DNA of 64,000 nucleotides from Candidatus Hodarchaeota archaeon (lineage in GTDB: Archaea; Asgardarchaeota; Lokiarchaeia; Sigyniarchaeales; SOKP01): positions 1 to 64,000 of the forward strand of contig JBHLJY010000014.1 in the NCBI GenBank assembly GCA_048887225.1, written 5' to 3'. Numbering within the stretch: the first letter of the stretch is position 1; the number at the start of each line of letters is the position of its first letter. Made by a program: the position numbers and the translations under genes. Shown here piece after piece: positions 8,306 to 18,687 of the stretch. Under the pieces are notes generated by a model. It saw only the letters and a program-made list of their open reading frames with translations. It did not search any database and was not told the origin of the DNA.

Positions 8306-10819
8306 CTATTTAATTTTATAGATGAATCCTTTATTTAAATCCTCTTTTTCTCTCAATCCAAGGGAGCTATTATTAATAATTATTTCACATGCTTTTTCTG
8401 GAGAACCTCTGGCTTTTACAATGATATAATCCTTATTAGATAATATTTCAATTGATATTTTCACCGAATTATATTCAAAATCAAAAGATCTTGCAATTAT
8501 GCCATCAATCCCCCACACCAATTTTTCTTTGAAATCAAGAAATAAATCACCAAAATGCTTCTTTACATAAGCAGTAGCCATAGTAGAAGTTCCAAAACCC
8601 CAATCAAACATAATATAACCGGGGGCCCATAAATCAGTTCCTGAATGACCGTAATTTTCAACAACACACCCTCGATCTATTCCATCAACAGTTTTAATAC
8701 CTTTTAAATTTCCTGGACATTGCTCTTGATATTCCCTAAGCAATTGCATTGCCCAACACGCTCTTAATGCAGCAATTCCTCTTTCCATATATTCTTTTTT
8801 TCCAGTTTCTAAATAATATTCCATATAAACGCGAATAAATAGCGCTTGTCGAGCGTCGCTTAATTCAGAATCGATATTTTGAGAACAAAAACCACCAAAT
8901 GTATTAAAGCTAATATATGGCATATTCCAAATTTGTTGGAATAATGATAAGACCGCTACTATTCTCTCACCTAATTTTAAATATTCTTTTTTATCTGTAA
9001 TTCTATATAATTCCTTCATACCCTCAGCACACCAATATATGCATAAGCAATTCATTACATGCTTTTTTGTGTAATCATCGTAAAAATCGACAGGTAAATG
9101 GGTACAAGAATAAAACGGCTCAAAATCATGCCATTTATCCTCTGGGATTATTTCTGTCATGATAAAATTGGCAATCTTTTCAGCAATTAGTATTATTTTA
9201 TCATCCTTAAATAACTTATAGAATTCTGTTAAAAACATCAGAGAAGCACCCGAACTCGCAGAATTTATAAGAAGATTACTTACAATCGGAGTAGTACCAT
9301 TAGCATTAAAATCTAAATTAGTAGCAACTGATCCATTCTCTAATTGTACATTTTGTAGCAATTCAAAAAGTTCTTTAGATTTTTTTATTACCAATTCATT
9401 TTTTTCGAAATCTTTATAATATTTTAATGCCCAATACATTGATAGAGAACAATCTACAGTGCTGTATTGATCTCTTAAAATAAATCCGGTTACTGATTTA
9501 ATAGTGGAAAATTTTGATCCTCCTAGCAATGATGGTAAAATAATGCTAGGAAAAACTCCTCTTGTTCGAGGAATGTATAGAAGCGTATTTAATATTCTAT
9601 TACCTTTGTCAATTAAATTATTATCTCCCCAAATTTCTCCAAAATATCTAAAGCCATAGCCAGATCTCATATTCATAAACCACGCTTGATTCCAAATTTC
9701 CGCATTACGGTTTATAATCGCGTGATTCTGGGTAAATTTTGCATACCTTTTTATCCAGAATGGGCTATTAGAAAAATACATAATAATTCTACTTAATAAA
9801 GATTCTTCTCCAAATAATCTTGTCAAGCTTTTCTTCTGGTGTGTTTCAAAATCGAATGTTTCGGAATCAAAAAAATTAATTGGCTTCTTTTTTTTACCCA
9901 ACCAAGATGATTGCCAGAATCCTCCACAATCTTTCCCATTTATTTTTAAATTTCCCCAAACTTTATGTCTTTCAAATAACGCTTTAATACCTTCCTTTAC
10001 GTTGGAATCATATGGTAAAATTTGCGGATTCAAACTTTCATAGAGCAATTTTCTTCCATACTTTTCCCAAAAAAAGTTATTTACAAATTCTAAAATTTCT
10101 TGTACGGTCTTATCAATAAAAATTATTACATAATACCTGAAAGTTAAATCTGTGTTTGCCTTAATTTTCCATTTTTTATTTGGATTATGTTTAAAGCGAA
10201 TATGTCCAACTGGCTTATAATTTCCAAAGCCATAATATATCTGAGGTGCTCCTTGAAAATTCTTTGGTTTTAAATTGAAATCCATGAATGTTTGAAATGG
10301 GCGATTTAATCCTAATGTTTTTAAATCGGGAATAAATGTAAAAGCATAATTACCTTTCTTATAAATAATTACAGGAGATCGAAAGATATGGTCCCCCATT
10401 ACTAAATTTTCTTTAGGCCTAAGATATGGAACCCAGGTATAATCGGGTTCGTTTCCTAATAAAATACCGTAATTAACACCTAGTTTTGATAAAAATAATT
10501 TTCGATTATTAGATATTTTATATCTGATGTGAATTACATTATTTTCCTCTAAGCAATAATCTAAATTTATCGCAAAATCGTTATCGTTCAATTGATAATA
10601 TAATTTTTTTCTTGTTCTCTTTTGGAAACTCAATGCTTTTGAATTAATTTTATTTTTTAACCAAGAAGTTAGGGTGCTATAATCGTTATTATTTCCAATT
10701 ATAGCAATCCATTTATCTCCGTTTTTTATCTCTATCTTTTCAGATGTATAATTCTCATATTCCTCTAAAACAACTCTTATTAATTCCCCTTCTAAAATCT
10801 TTTTATTAATTATATCCAC
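8306..10819 (-). CDS. Large hypothetical protein, probable (alpha/alpha)-toroid six-hairpin glycosidase-like C-terminal region
   Basis: 837-aa ORF with repeated helical-hairpin motifs (Q.ENG, ELYRITDKKEYL, EYYLETGKKEYMERG). Confidence 0.55.
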   Translation of the reverse strand: MDIINKKILEGELIRVVLEEYENYTSEKIEIKNGDKWIAIIGNNNDYSTLTSWLKNKINSKALSFQKRTRKKLYYQLNDNDFAINLDYCLEENNVIHIRYKISNNRKLFLSKLGVNYGILLGNEPDYTWVPYLRPKENLVMGDHIFRSPVIIYKKGNYAFTFIPDLKTLGLNRPFQTFMDFNLKPKNFQGAPQIYYGFGNYKPVGHIRFKHNPNKKWKIKANTDLTFRYYVIIFIDKTVQEILEFVNNFFWEKYGRKLLYESLNPQILPYDSNVKEGIKALFERHKVWGNLKINGKDCGGFWQSSWLGKKKKPINFFDSETFDFETHQKKSLTRLFGEESLLSRIIMYFSNSPFWIKRYAKFTQNHAIINRNAEIWNQAWFMNMRSGYGFRYFGEIWGDNNLIDKGNRILNTLLYIPRTRGVFPSIILPSLLGGSKFSTIKSVTGFILRDQYSTVDCSLSMYWALKYYKDFEKNELVIKKSKELFELLQNVQLENGSVATNLDFNANGTTPIVSNLLINSASSGASLMFLTEFYKLFKDDKIILIAEKIANFIMTEIIPEDKWHDFEPFYSCTHLPVDFYDDYTKKHVMNCLCIYWCAEGMKELYRITDKKEYLKLGERIVAVLSLFQQIWNMPYISFNTFGGFCSQNIDSELSDARQALFIRVYMEYYLETGKKEYMERGIAALRACWAMQLLREYQEQCPGNLKGIKTVDGIDRGCVVENYGHSGTDLWAPGYIMFDWGFGTSTMATAYVKKHFGDLFLDFKEKLVWGIDGIIARSFDFEYNSVKISIEILSNKDYIIVKARGSPEKACEIIINNSSLGLREKEDLNKGFIYKIK

Positions 10820-10948
10820 CTACAAATTCTGAAAATGGTCCGATATTTCGTGCTAATTAATTTTACTTCTTTTACCAGATATAATAAAAATAAATACATA
10901 ATTATTTTCAAATCTAATTTTTTAAAGCTTAAAATATTCTAAATATTT

Positions 10949-11968
10949 ATGATTCCTTCGATTGAATGGGTGGATAACAAGGTTAAAATGATCGATCAAA
11001 CTCAACTTCCTCGAGAACTTAAATTCCTTGAGTTTGACGATTATCGGGGCGTTGCTACTGCTATTAAGGCTATGAATATCAGGGGAGCACCTGCAATTGG
11101 CGTTGCCGCAGCGATGGGAATGGCACTTGCCACTATTGAATATAAAGAATTACCAAAAGAACAATTTCTAAAAAAAATGGAAGAAGTTGCTAATGTTATA
11201 AGAGATACTAGACCAACCGCTTCAAATTTATTTTGGGCAGTAAATAGAATATGGGAGATAATAAGCACTTATCCAGATAATCCCTCGGGTATATCCGAAC
11301 TTGTAATAGAAGAAGCTAAATTAATGGCTCAAGAAGATATTAATGTGAATAAAAATATTGGAAAAAATGGAGCTGCTCTATTAGAAGATGGAGATGTGGT
11401 ATTAACGCATTGTAATGCGGGCTCACTTGCGACAGTTCAATATGGAACTGCTTTAGCTCCTGTAAGAGCTGCGATTGAAAAAGGAAAAAATATCAGTGTC
11501 ATTGCTGATGAGACGCGTCCAAGACTACAAGGAGCTCGTCTTACTGCTTACGAATTATTATATGATAAAATTCCAGTTAAGGTTATCTCAGATACTTCGT
11601 CAGGGTTATTAATGAGATTAGGAAAAGTAAATAAAGTTATTGTAGGAACTGACCGCGTTACTTCTGATGCCGTTTTCAATAAAATCGGAACCTATTTAGT
11701 AGCATTAGCGGCAAAAGATAATAATCTTCCTTTTTATGTAGCGGCGCCCTCTTCTACATTATCCCTCAATGAGACTGTCGACGATGTTACTATTGAACAA
11801 AGAGATGGTAAAGAAGTTAGTTGTGTTTTGGGTGAAGTTCAAATAATACCTGATGGCGTTGAATGTTTGAATTATGCTTTTGACATTACTCCATTTAGAC
11901 TAGTATCAAGGATCATAACTGAAGATGGTGTTTTTACACCAAAAGAGCTTTTAAAGAGATATAAATAG
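10949..11968 (+). CDS. mtnA: Methylthioribose-1-phosphate isomerase (eIF-2B-related family)
   Basis: IRGAPAIG, RPTA.NL, LTHCNAGSLAT, ETRP.LQGARLT, NKIGTY and FDITP motifs. Confidence 0.92.
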   Translation: MIPSIEWVDNKVKMIDQTQLPRELKFLEFDDYRGVATAIKAMNIRGAPAIGVAAAMGMALATIEYKELPKEQFLKKMEEVANVIRDTRPTASNLFWAVNRIWEIISTYPDNPSGISELVIEEAKLMAQEDINVNKNIGKNGAALLEDGDVVLTHCNAGSLATVQYGTALAPVRAAIEKGKNISVIADETRPRLQGARLTAYELLYDKIPVKVISDTSSGLLMRLGKVNKVIVGTDRVTSDAVFNKIGTYLVALAAKDNNLPFYVAAPSSTLSLNETVDDVTIEQRDGKEVSCVLGEVQIIPDGVECLNYAFDITPFRLVSRIITEDGVFTPKELLKRYK

Positions 11969-12021
11969 CTTATATTATTAAATCTTTCCAGAAAATTCTA
12001 AAAAAGTTGTGAATAAAAATC

Positions 12022-12531
12022 GTGTCTGATTACATTGAAGAATATGAGTTTAAAAACACTCCTAAAGAGATTAAGTATTATGATGATGATCCTTTAAAAT
12101 TGAGTAGTGAATTCTCTTTTTACCATAATAAAAGCGGATTTAGAAAAGAATTAAACCGTCTTCAATACCTTTTCCGTGACTATTTAAAAACCTCCCTTAT
12201 TGCTGCGGGAATAAGAGATTCTTATTTAAAAGAAGAATATACTGAGAAATATTTAATTGTATTATTTACTACTAGTAAAAATGTTAAAGATACTAATCAA
12301 ATTATTGAAGCACATTCCAAAATCGAAATACCTTTAGGTTGTTTTTATCTTAAATCAAGCTCAGAATACCTTCTTCTTTTAGCGAAAGATATGGATGGAT
12401 TAAATTTTGGAATAGACACTTTGGAAGAAATCTTTACTCAAACTTTTGAAGATTATTTTAATAGGAAAAAATTTAACGAACATATTAAAATTCGTCCATT
12501 TAAAATGACTAGTTGCACGAAATCTTCTTAA
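12022..12531 (+). CDS. Hypothetical protein resembling a stand-alone GH20 domain 2 (hexosaminidase N-terminal-like)
   Basis: GCFYLKSS..YLLLLAKDMDGLNFGIDTLEEI resembles the EgY.L......I.A.D..GlfyG.qTL.Ql signature. Confidence 0.5.
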   Translation: MSDYIEEYEFKNTPKEIKYYDDDPLKLSSEFSFYHNKSGFRKELNRLQYLFRDYLKTSLIAAGIRDSYLKEEYTEKYLIVLFTTSKNVKDTNQIIEAHSKIEIPLGCFYLKSSSEYLLLLAKDMDGLNFGIDTLEEIFTQTFEDYFNRKKFNEHIKIRPFKMTSCTKSS

Positions 12532-12603
12532 TTTTACTATATAAATTAATTAAATGGAATATAGATAAGAAGAAGATATTAAAAAATTAATCCAAGTTGT
12601 CAG

Positions 12604-14322
12604 TTAATCAATAAATTTCCAAGGTCTTTGTCTTTTTAATTTATATGCTCTCTCGGCATATTCTTCGACCATTCGGTGCGTGTTAAAATAAGCAGCTAAA
12701 GAAATAGCGTTTTTTTGCCTAAAAATCCACTCATCGTGATTCATATATGTAGGGATAATCTCATTCTCTAAAATCTCGTATATATAATTAGAATCAACGT
12801 CCCAATTATTTTTAATTGCCTCGGGATCAGAATCATCTGGTCCGATGGCCCATCCTGCTAATCGATTCCTTTTATAACCTTCAAGCCACCATCCATCTAG
12901 TACACTAAAATTTAATACTCCGTTTAACGCAGCTTTCATCCCTGAAGTCCCGCTTGCTTCTCTATACCTGTTTGGTGTATTTAACCATACATCAACGCCG
13001 GAAACTAACATATGGGATAAATCCATGTTATAATTTTCCATTAACACAACCTTCACACCATAATTGTCGAATAAATATTCTCCAGATTCAAAGACTTTTT
13101 TAATATAATCTTTTGCCATTTGATCTTTAGGGTGAGCTTTACCCGCAAATATAAATTGTACGCTATTTTTACATATTTTACCTAATCTATCAATATCGTG
13201 AAATAATAAGATTGCTCTTTTATATGTCGCAAAACGTCTAGCAAAACCAAATGTTATTAATTCTTCGTCTAACAGATTCCAACTATGACCCTTTTGATAG
13301 CTAATAAGATTGAATTTGTTTTCAATATGGGCGTCAAAAAGGTCTAAATCATCTAATTCAACGGCATTTTCTAGTAATGACGGATTTGCTTTCCAGTTTG
13401 GCCATTTCTTATCAAAAAGTTTTCGTATCGGTTTCGAAACCCAAAAAGGAAGGTGGACACCATTAGTTATATGGTCAATGTTGTAATTAGGAAACATTTT
13501 TCGTGATATTTCACCATGTTTTTTTGCAACTCCATTTCTATATCTGGAAAGATTCATAGCTAAAACCGTCATATTTAATTCGTTTTTACCACCTAACTCT
13601 TTAATATTTTTAGGAAGGTCATTTCTAAAAGCATCGTCAACTAGATCGTAATGAAATGTATCATGACCAGCTGGTACAGGTGTATGTGTTGTAAAAGCGA
13701 CCAGTTGCTTCACTTTATCAACATCTCCCTTAGCTTGTTTCAATAATTCTAAAGTTGCAAAAGCACCATGACCCTCGTTAATATGATAAACTTTAATATT
13801 GTTATAACCTAAGGACTCTAACAATCGGACGCCGCCTATTCCTAAAATTATTTCTTGAACAATTCTATGCCATCGACTTGTCGAATCGTAAAGGGCTGCC
13901 GTTAATTTTCTTTGCCATTCTTCATTTCCTTCTACATCTGTCGTCAAGAGATAAATAGGAATTACATGACCAGATTGCCCAATAACTTTATATAACCACG
14001 CTGAGACCTTGATCTCATTATCTTGAATTTTTATACTAATCGGTTTTTCAACCTTATCAAACTCATAGAAAAAACTCCATTCAATTTCTTTTTCCTTTTG
14101 GTCTCCTCTCTCGTTAAAAAGCTGATAGAAATAACCACTGCTGTAACACAGACATAGACCAACCATAGGTATTTCTAGATCAGCCGCAGAACGTACCGTA
14201 TCACCAGACAATACTCCTAAGCCTCCACTATAAGTAGGTATATTTGAATCTAATGCTATCTCCATTGAGATGTATGCTACATTAGTATTATCAATTAAAT
14301 TTTGGTCCACTTCCATTTTCAA
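12604..14322 (-). CDS. glgP: Alpha-glucan phosphorylase
   Basis: YSGGLGVLSGD, HINEGH, FTTHTPVPAGHD, ARRFATYKR and EASGTSGMK (PLP lysine). Confidence 0.96.
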   Translation of the reverse strand: MKMEVDQNLIDNTNVAYISMEIALDSNIPTYSGGLGVLSGDTVRSAADLEIPMVGLCLCYSSGYFYQLFNERGDQKEKEIEWSFFYEFDKVEKPISIKIQDNEIKVSAWLYKVIGQSGHVIPIYLLTTDVEGNEEWQRKLTAALYDSTSRWHRIVQEIILGIGGVRLLESLGYNNIKVYHINEGHGAFATLELLKQAKGDVDKVKQLVAFTTHTPVPAGHDTFHYDLVDDAFRNDLPKNIKELGGKNELNMTVLAMNLSRYRNGVAKKHGEISRKMFPNYNIDHITNGVHLPFWVSKPIRKLFDKKWPNWKANPSLLENAVELDDLDLFDAHIENKFNLISYQKGHSWNLLDEELITFGFARRFATYKRAILLFHDIDRLGKICKNSVQFIFAGKAHPKDQMAKDYIKKVFESGEYLFDNYGVKVVLMENYNMDLSHMLVSGVDVWLNTPNRYREASGTSGMKAALNGVLNFSVLDGWWLEGYKRNRLAGWAIGPDDSDPEAIKNNWDVDSNYIYEILENEIIPTYMNHDEWIFRQKNAISLAAYFNTHRMVEEYAERAYKLKRQRPWKFID

Positions 14323-14441
14323 AACACATTTTTAAATGTAAATTACTCTACTTTCTTGCTTTAAAATTTTTTATAATTAAAATTATAATTTATACTTATA
14401 ATAATTATATTGCAGTAAAAAAGAATAAAAAAACTTTTAGT

Positions 14442-15071
14442 TTATAATTTTAAGGACTTATTTTCTAATATTTCTACTTTAATATTAGGATCTTTTTTCG
14501 ACATTAGTTCTTTGTATTCATTTAAATCTGATCCCCAGTTATGCATTGGAATTACAACTTCAGGCTTTATATCCAAAGCTGATGAACAAGATTCTTCATA
14601 ATCCATTGTAAATCTGCCTCCACATGGTAATAGAGCTACGGTAATATTTTCCAAATCTTTCATTTCAGGGATTCTTTCTGTGTCTCCTGCGTGGTAAATT
14701 CGTTTACCTTCGACTTCTATAATTGCTCCTGCCCAATCATTGCTTTTTGGATGCGTACCTTTTTTTATCGTGTAAGATGGTACTAATTCTATCTTTATAT
14801 CATCAATTTCAAAGACTTCTCCGAATTTTAACCCTTTTCCATTAAATTTCTTTAAATTATTGGATATACTAACAGGTCCAAGCAAAATAGAAGAATCTTT
14901 GATTATGGTTTTAATTGATCTATTATCAAAGTGATCTCCATGAGAATGGCTTGAAATTATGATGTCGGCTTTTTCTGCGTCTTTAGGAATTTGATAAGGA
15001 TCTAAATAGATAACTTTTCCACTCTCTGTTTTAATCTTAAAAGCAGCATGTGAAATCCAAAATATTTCCAA
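14442..15071 (-). CDS. MBL-fold metallo-hydrolase
   Basis: SHSHGDHF, YHAGDT, IPMH. Confidence 0.92.
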   Translation of the reverse strand: MEIFWISHAAFKIKTESGKVIYLDPYQIPKDAEKADIIISSHSHGDHFDNRSIKTIIKDSSILLGPVSISNNLKKFNGKGLKFGEVFEIDDIKIELVPSYTIKKGTHPKSNDWAGAIIEVEGKRIYHAGDTERIPEMKDLENITVALLPCGGRFTMDYEESCSSALDIKPEVVIPMHNWGSDLNEYKELMSKKDPNIKVEILENKSLKL

Positions 15072-15167
15072 TTATTTCACCTCTTTTTAAAATTTTCCAA
15101 TTAAATTTAATAAATTAATTAAGAAAATTTGTACCATTATTTTTAATTTTAATGTTAAAAATAGCAT

Positions 15168-16970
15168 TTATTCATTTACTTTTTCAAGTATTTCTTGACG
15201 AAGGTTAATAGCATCTTCATTATTCGGTTCGATTTCTAGGCAACGATTACAAATTTCAAGAGCATTATCAATACGTTCTAACTTTACAAGAATTCTGGCT
15301 AAATTATACCATGCTCGGCTATCGTTTGAGTCAAGTGTTATTGATTTTTTTACCAATTCTTTTGCTTTATTGTATTCTCCTTTATTATAAAAGGCAAAAC
15401 CTAAAGTGTTCCATGATTTAGCATAATCTTCATTAATTTCTGTGGCGGTTCTACAAGCATCGACTGCTTTATCGAATTCACCTTTTTCAATATAAATTTC
15501 ACCGAGATTGTTCCATGCTTCAAAAAATTTTGAATCCATCTCTAATGCCTTATTAAATGCTTCTTCTGCTTTATCTAACTCTTTTTTTTCTTTATAAATT
15601 AATCCAAGTTTGTTCCAAATTTTGTAAGCATTCATATCTAATTCTAAAGCTTTCTTATATGCATCAATTGCGTTTTCAAATTCCTTTTTTTCTCTAAAAA
15701 CAGAACCAAGATTATTCCACAGTTCGAAAAGGCTTGGATCAATTTCTAGCGCTTTTTTATATGCTTCTATAGATTTAACAAAATTTCCAATTTTGGAGTA
15801 AGCATAACCTAGGTTTTTCCATCCTTTCAAGTATTTTGGATCAATCTTTATGGAATTATTATAGGCATCAATGGCCTTATCGAATTTCTCAAGTTTAAAA
15901 TAAGCTGAGGCAAGATAATTCCAAGCAGTTAAAAAATTAGGTTCAATCTCTACTACTTTATTATAAGCTTCAATTATTTTATCGGTATCCCCTTTTTCGT
16001 TATAAGCATAACCAAGATTATTCCAAGCTTCGATGGATTTCGGATTCATCTCAACAACCTTATTATAGGTTTTTATTGCAGCATCGATTTCACCTTTATT
16101 AAGCAGGATTGAACCGAGTTTTTCCCAACCTGCTAAAAATTGAGGTGCAATCTCAACTGCGCGTTTATATGCATGTGATGCGTTGTCATATTCACCCTTT
16201 TTAAAGTATGCGTTTCCAAGAGTGTTCCAACTTTCCACAGATTTTGAATCTATCTCGATTGCCTTTTTACACGCTTCGATTGCGCTTTCAATCTCGCCAA
16301 TTTCATTGTAGATAGTTCCTAATTTGTTCCACGCTTCTAAGAAGTTAGGATCAAGTTCAATCAGTTTTTTATATGCATGCATTGCATTATCTGTATTGCC
16401 GATTTCAAAATAAGAATTTCCAAGAATTTTCCAAGCATCGAGAGAATTCGGATCAATCCTTTCTAATGCTTGTTTTATCGTTTCTATTGCTTTATCATAT
16501 TCTTTATTTCTAAAATAAACATAACTTAAATTGTTCCATACTTTTATAAATTTAGATTCGATCTCTAAGGCTTTATTATAGGCTTCAATTGCATTGCTGA
16601 AATCATTTATTTCTCTATAAGCAGAACCGAGATTATTCCACGCTTCCAATGAATTTGAATCTAGCTCCACGGCTTCCTTCAATGCCCTAATTGCTTGATC
16701 GAATTCGCCCTTTTTAAAAAATTCATAACCCATGTCTTTTTTTAACTTTACTTTTGATAGTTTAGTCCGAATTGTATATTCCTCAATTTTTATTTCAATT
16801 TTTTCAAGAAAATCTGGAGGTTCGGCCTCATTTATTTTTTTAACTGTATTTAATATTTCTATTGCATTCAAATATTTTTTAATTGCGTTTTCATATTCTT
16901 TTTTCTTTTCATAGATGAAAGCTTCATTTCCCTCGTCTAAAGCTGTTTGAAATAATTTTTCGACATTCAT
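15168..16970 (-). CDS. TPR-repeat protein (about 15 TPRs) with N-terminal MIT-like domain
   Basis: 34-aa repeats WNNLG..Y...GE...AI.AY.KALE.DP; first ~75 aa have MIT pattern A...E....Y..AI..Y..AIE.L.....I..KIEEY..R. Confidence 0.85.
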   Translation of the reverse strand: MNVEKLFQTALDEGNEAFIYEKKKEYENAIKKYLNAIEILNTVKKINEAEPPDFLEKIEIKIEEYTIRTKLSKVKLKKDMGYEFFKKGEFDQAIRALKEAVELDSNSLEAWNNLGSAYREINDFSNAIEAYNKALEIESKFIKVWNNLSYVYFRNKEYDKAIETIKQALERIDPNSLDAWKILGNSYFEIGNTDNAMHAYKKLIELDPNFLEAWNKLGTIYNEIGEIESAIEACKKAIEIDSKSVESWNTLGNAYFKKGEYDNASHAYKRAVEIAPQFLAGWEKLGSILLNKGEIDAAIKTYNKVVEMNPKSIEAWNNLGYAYNEKGDTDKIIEAYNKVVEIEPNFLTAWNYLASAYFKLEKFDKAIDAYNNSIKIDPKYLKGWKNLGYAYSKIGNFVKSIEAYKKALEIDPSLFELWNNLGSVFREKKEFENAIDAYKKALELDMNAYKIWNKLGLIYKEKKELDKAEEAFNKALEMDSKFFEAWNNLGEIYIEKGEFDKAVDACRTATEINEDYAKSWNTLGFAFYNKGEYNKAKELVKKSITLDSNDSRAWYNLARILVKLERIDNALEICNRCLEIEPNNEDAINLRQEILEKVNE

Positions 16971-17058
16971 GGATTATAATTAGTTAAAAGATTTTCAATA
17001 ATAAATTCAAAATAGAATAAATCCTATTTAACTTTAATTTAGTCCAAATTTTAAAAAT

Positions 17059-17433
17059 TTATTCTTCTTTTTCTAACTTTAACTCTGGACTTTTTAAAGA
17101 TCTCCTTTTCGAAATCTCATAAATATCTGAATTTGTGATATCGAGTTCTTTAAGTCGATCTAAAAGCAAATTACTCTTAAAATTAGGGATTTCATTTAAT
17201 AAATTTAGCTTTGGAAAAGCATTAGATATGTTTAGATTTAGATATTCTTTTTGTGGTCTTAAATCTTTTAAGAAATCTTCATTTTCAATATTATATTGTT
17301 CGAAATGTGGATTATATGGCTTTAACTCATTATTATATAGCTTATTAATTTTGAGAAGATTTTCTGGAACAGAAGATTTTACTTTTTGGCATGTTGGGCA
17401 ATTAATTTCGTCTAAACCATGTATACAAGGCAT
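17059..17433 (-). CDS. Hypothetical protein with N-terminal CxH-x6-CxxC putative zinc site
   Basis: MPCIHGLDEINCPTC; fills the gap between genes; composition like neighbouring genes. Confidence 0.7.
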   Translation of the reverse strand: MPCIHGLDEINCPTCQKVKSSVPENLLKINKLYNNELKPYNPHFEQYNIENEDFLKDLRPQKEYLNLNISNAFPKLNLLNEIPNFKSNLLLDRLKELDITNSDIYEISKRRSLKSPELKLEKEE

Positions 17434-17514
17434 TATCCTTTAAATAAAGAGATGATTTTCAGTATTTCATTATTAAAATTAATTTTATCTTTTATTTTTT
17501 TTTATAATAATTAA

Positions 17515-18687
17515 ATGACTAAAGGAATTATTTTATCTGGTGGATGGGGCACTCGGTTAAGACCGCTTACATGTACCTTGCCTAAAACATTAATGCCAGT
17601 TGTTAATAAGCCAGTCATAGAACGACAAATGCTTCTTTTAAAGAATGCAGGTGTTAAAGAGATTGTGTTGGCAGTAAGCATAATGGCAAAAGAGTTGAAG
17701 GATTATTTTAAGAATGGCGAAAAGCTTGACATTCAAATTCATTATACAAACGAGAAAAATCCCATGGGAACGGCAGGAGCAATAAAATTAGCAGAAGATT
17801 ATCTAAAAGACGATAATTTCTTTATGTTAAATGGAGACGTAATTATAAATTTTGATTTCAATGAAATGCTTAAAAATCATTATAACTTCAAAGGTACAGG
17901 AACAATCGCAAGTAAAATTGTTAAAGATCCTTTAAGATACGGTGTTTTAATAGTCGACGAGAAATCCAATCAAATAAATAAATTTCTTGAAAAAGCTGAA
18001 TATCACCCTCCTGAAGAAAAACAAGTACCGATGCTTATAAATGCAGGTGTATATATTCTGGAACCTAGTATTTTTTCTTATATTGAACCTAATAAAAAAC
18101 TTTCTATTGAAACAGATATTTTTCCAAAGATAGCGAATGAGGGAAAATTGTATTACCACCCTATTTCTGGTGTTTGGAAAGATATTGGCAAACCTGAAGA
18201 ACTATTGGAAGGAAATATTCTTTTAATGAAAGATCTCTTGAAAAATCTAAAAGAAAAGAAAGAAAATTTAATTGATGAAAGTGTAAAAATAGAAGGAAAC
18301 ATCTTAATATATCCACCCGTTACGATTGGTGAAAACGTTAAAATTGGATATAATTGCGTTATAGGTCCTAATGTCGTAATTGGAAATAATGTTTACATTG
18401 ATGAAAACACTGAAATTAAAGAATCATTAATATACAGTGAAAATTCGATATCAAAAAACGTAAAAATCGAACGATCAATTGTTGCTGATAATTGTCATAT
18501 CCACGATGGAGCCGTTTTACGGGGTAATGAAAGTGGTTTAGTAATATTATCTTCTTATGTAGAGGTTTTAGAAAACATCAGGATTATTACCGAAACAATT
18601 AATTCCATTTCGGTGTGTCATCATGAAGAAGTAAAAGAAAACAGAATATCAACTAATTATTTTACTTCTGAATCTGTCAGCGATTAA
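17515..18687 (+). CDS. NDP-sugar pyrophosphorylase (mannose-1-phosphate guanylyltransferase-like) with LbH domain
   Basis: LSGGWGTRLRPLT...PK, GTAGAI, NGDV, INAGVY, WKDIG; hexapeptide repeats. Confidence 0.92.
   Translation: MTKGIILSGGWGTRLRPLTCTLPKTLMPVVNKPVIERQMLLLKNAGVKEIVLAVSIMAKELKDYFKNGEKLDIQIHYTNEKNPMGTAGAIKLAEDYLKDDNFFMLNGDVIINFDFNEMLKNHYNFKGTGTIASKIVKDPLRYGVLIVDEKSNQINKFLEKAEYHPPEEKQVPMLINAGVYILEPSIFSYIEPNKKLSIETDIFPKIANEGKLYYHPISGVWKDIGKPEELLEGNILLMKDLLKNLKEKKENLIDESVKIEGNILIYPPVTIGENVKIGYNCVIGPNVVIGNNVYIDENTEIKESLIYSENSISKNVKIERSIVADNCHIHDGAVLRGNESGLVILSSYVEVLENIRIITETINSISVCHHEEVKENRISTNYFTSESVSD

Noticed and set aside
15168-16745. Periodic ~102-nt DNA similarity as a CRISPR or tandem repeat
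   Set aside because: Explained by TPR protein repeats; I saw no CRISPR array or cas gene in the window.
18649-18687. 39-nt convergent overlap of the NDP-sugar synthase and CYTH genes
   Set aside because: Ordinary 3' overlap in a compact genome.
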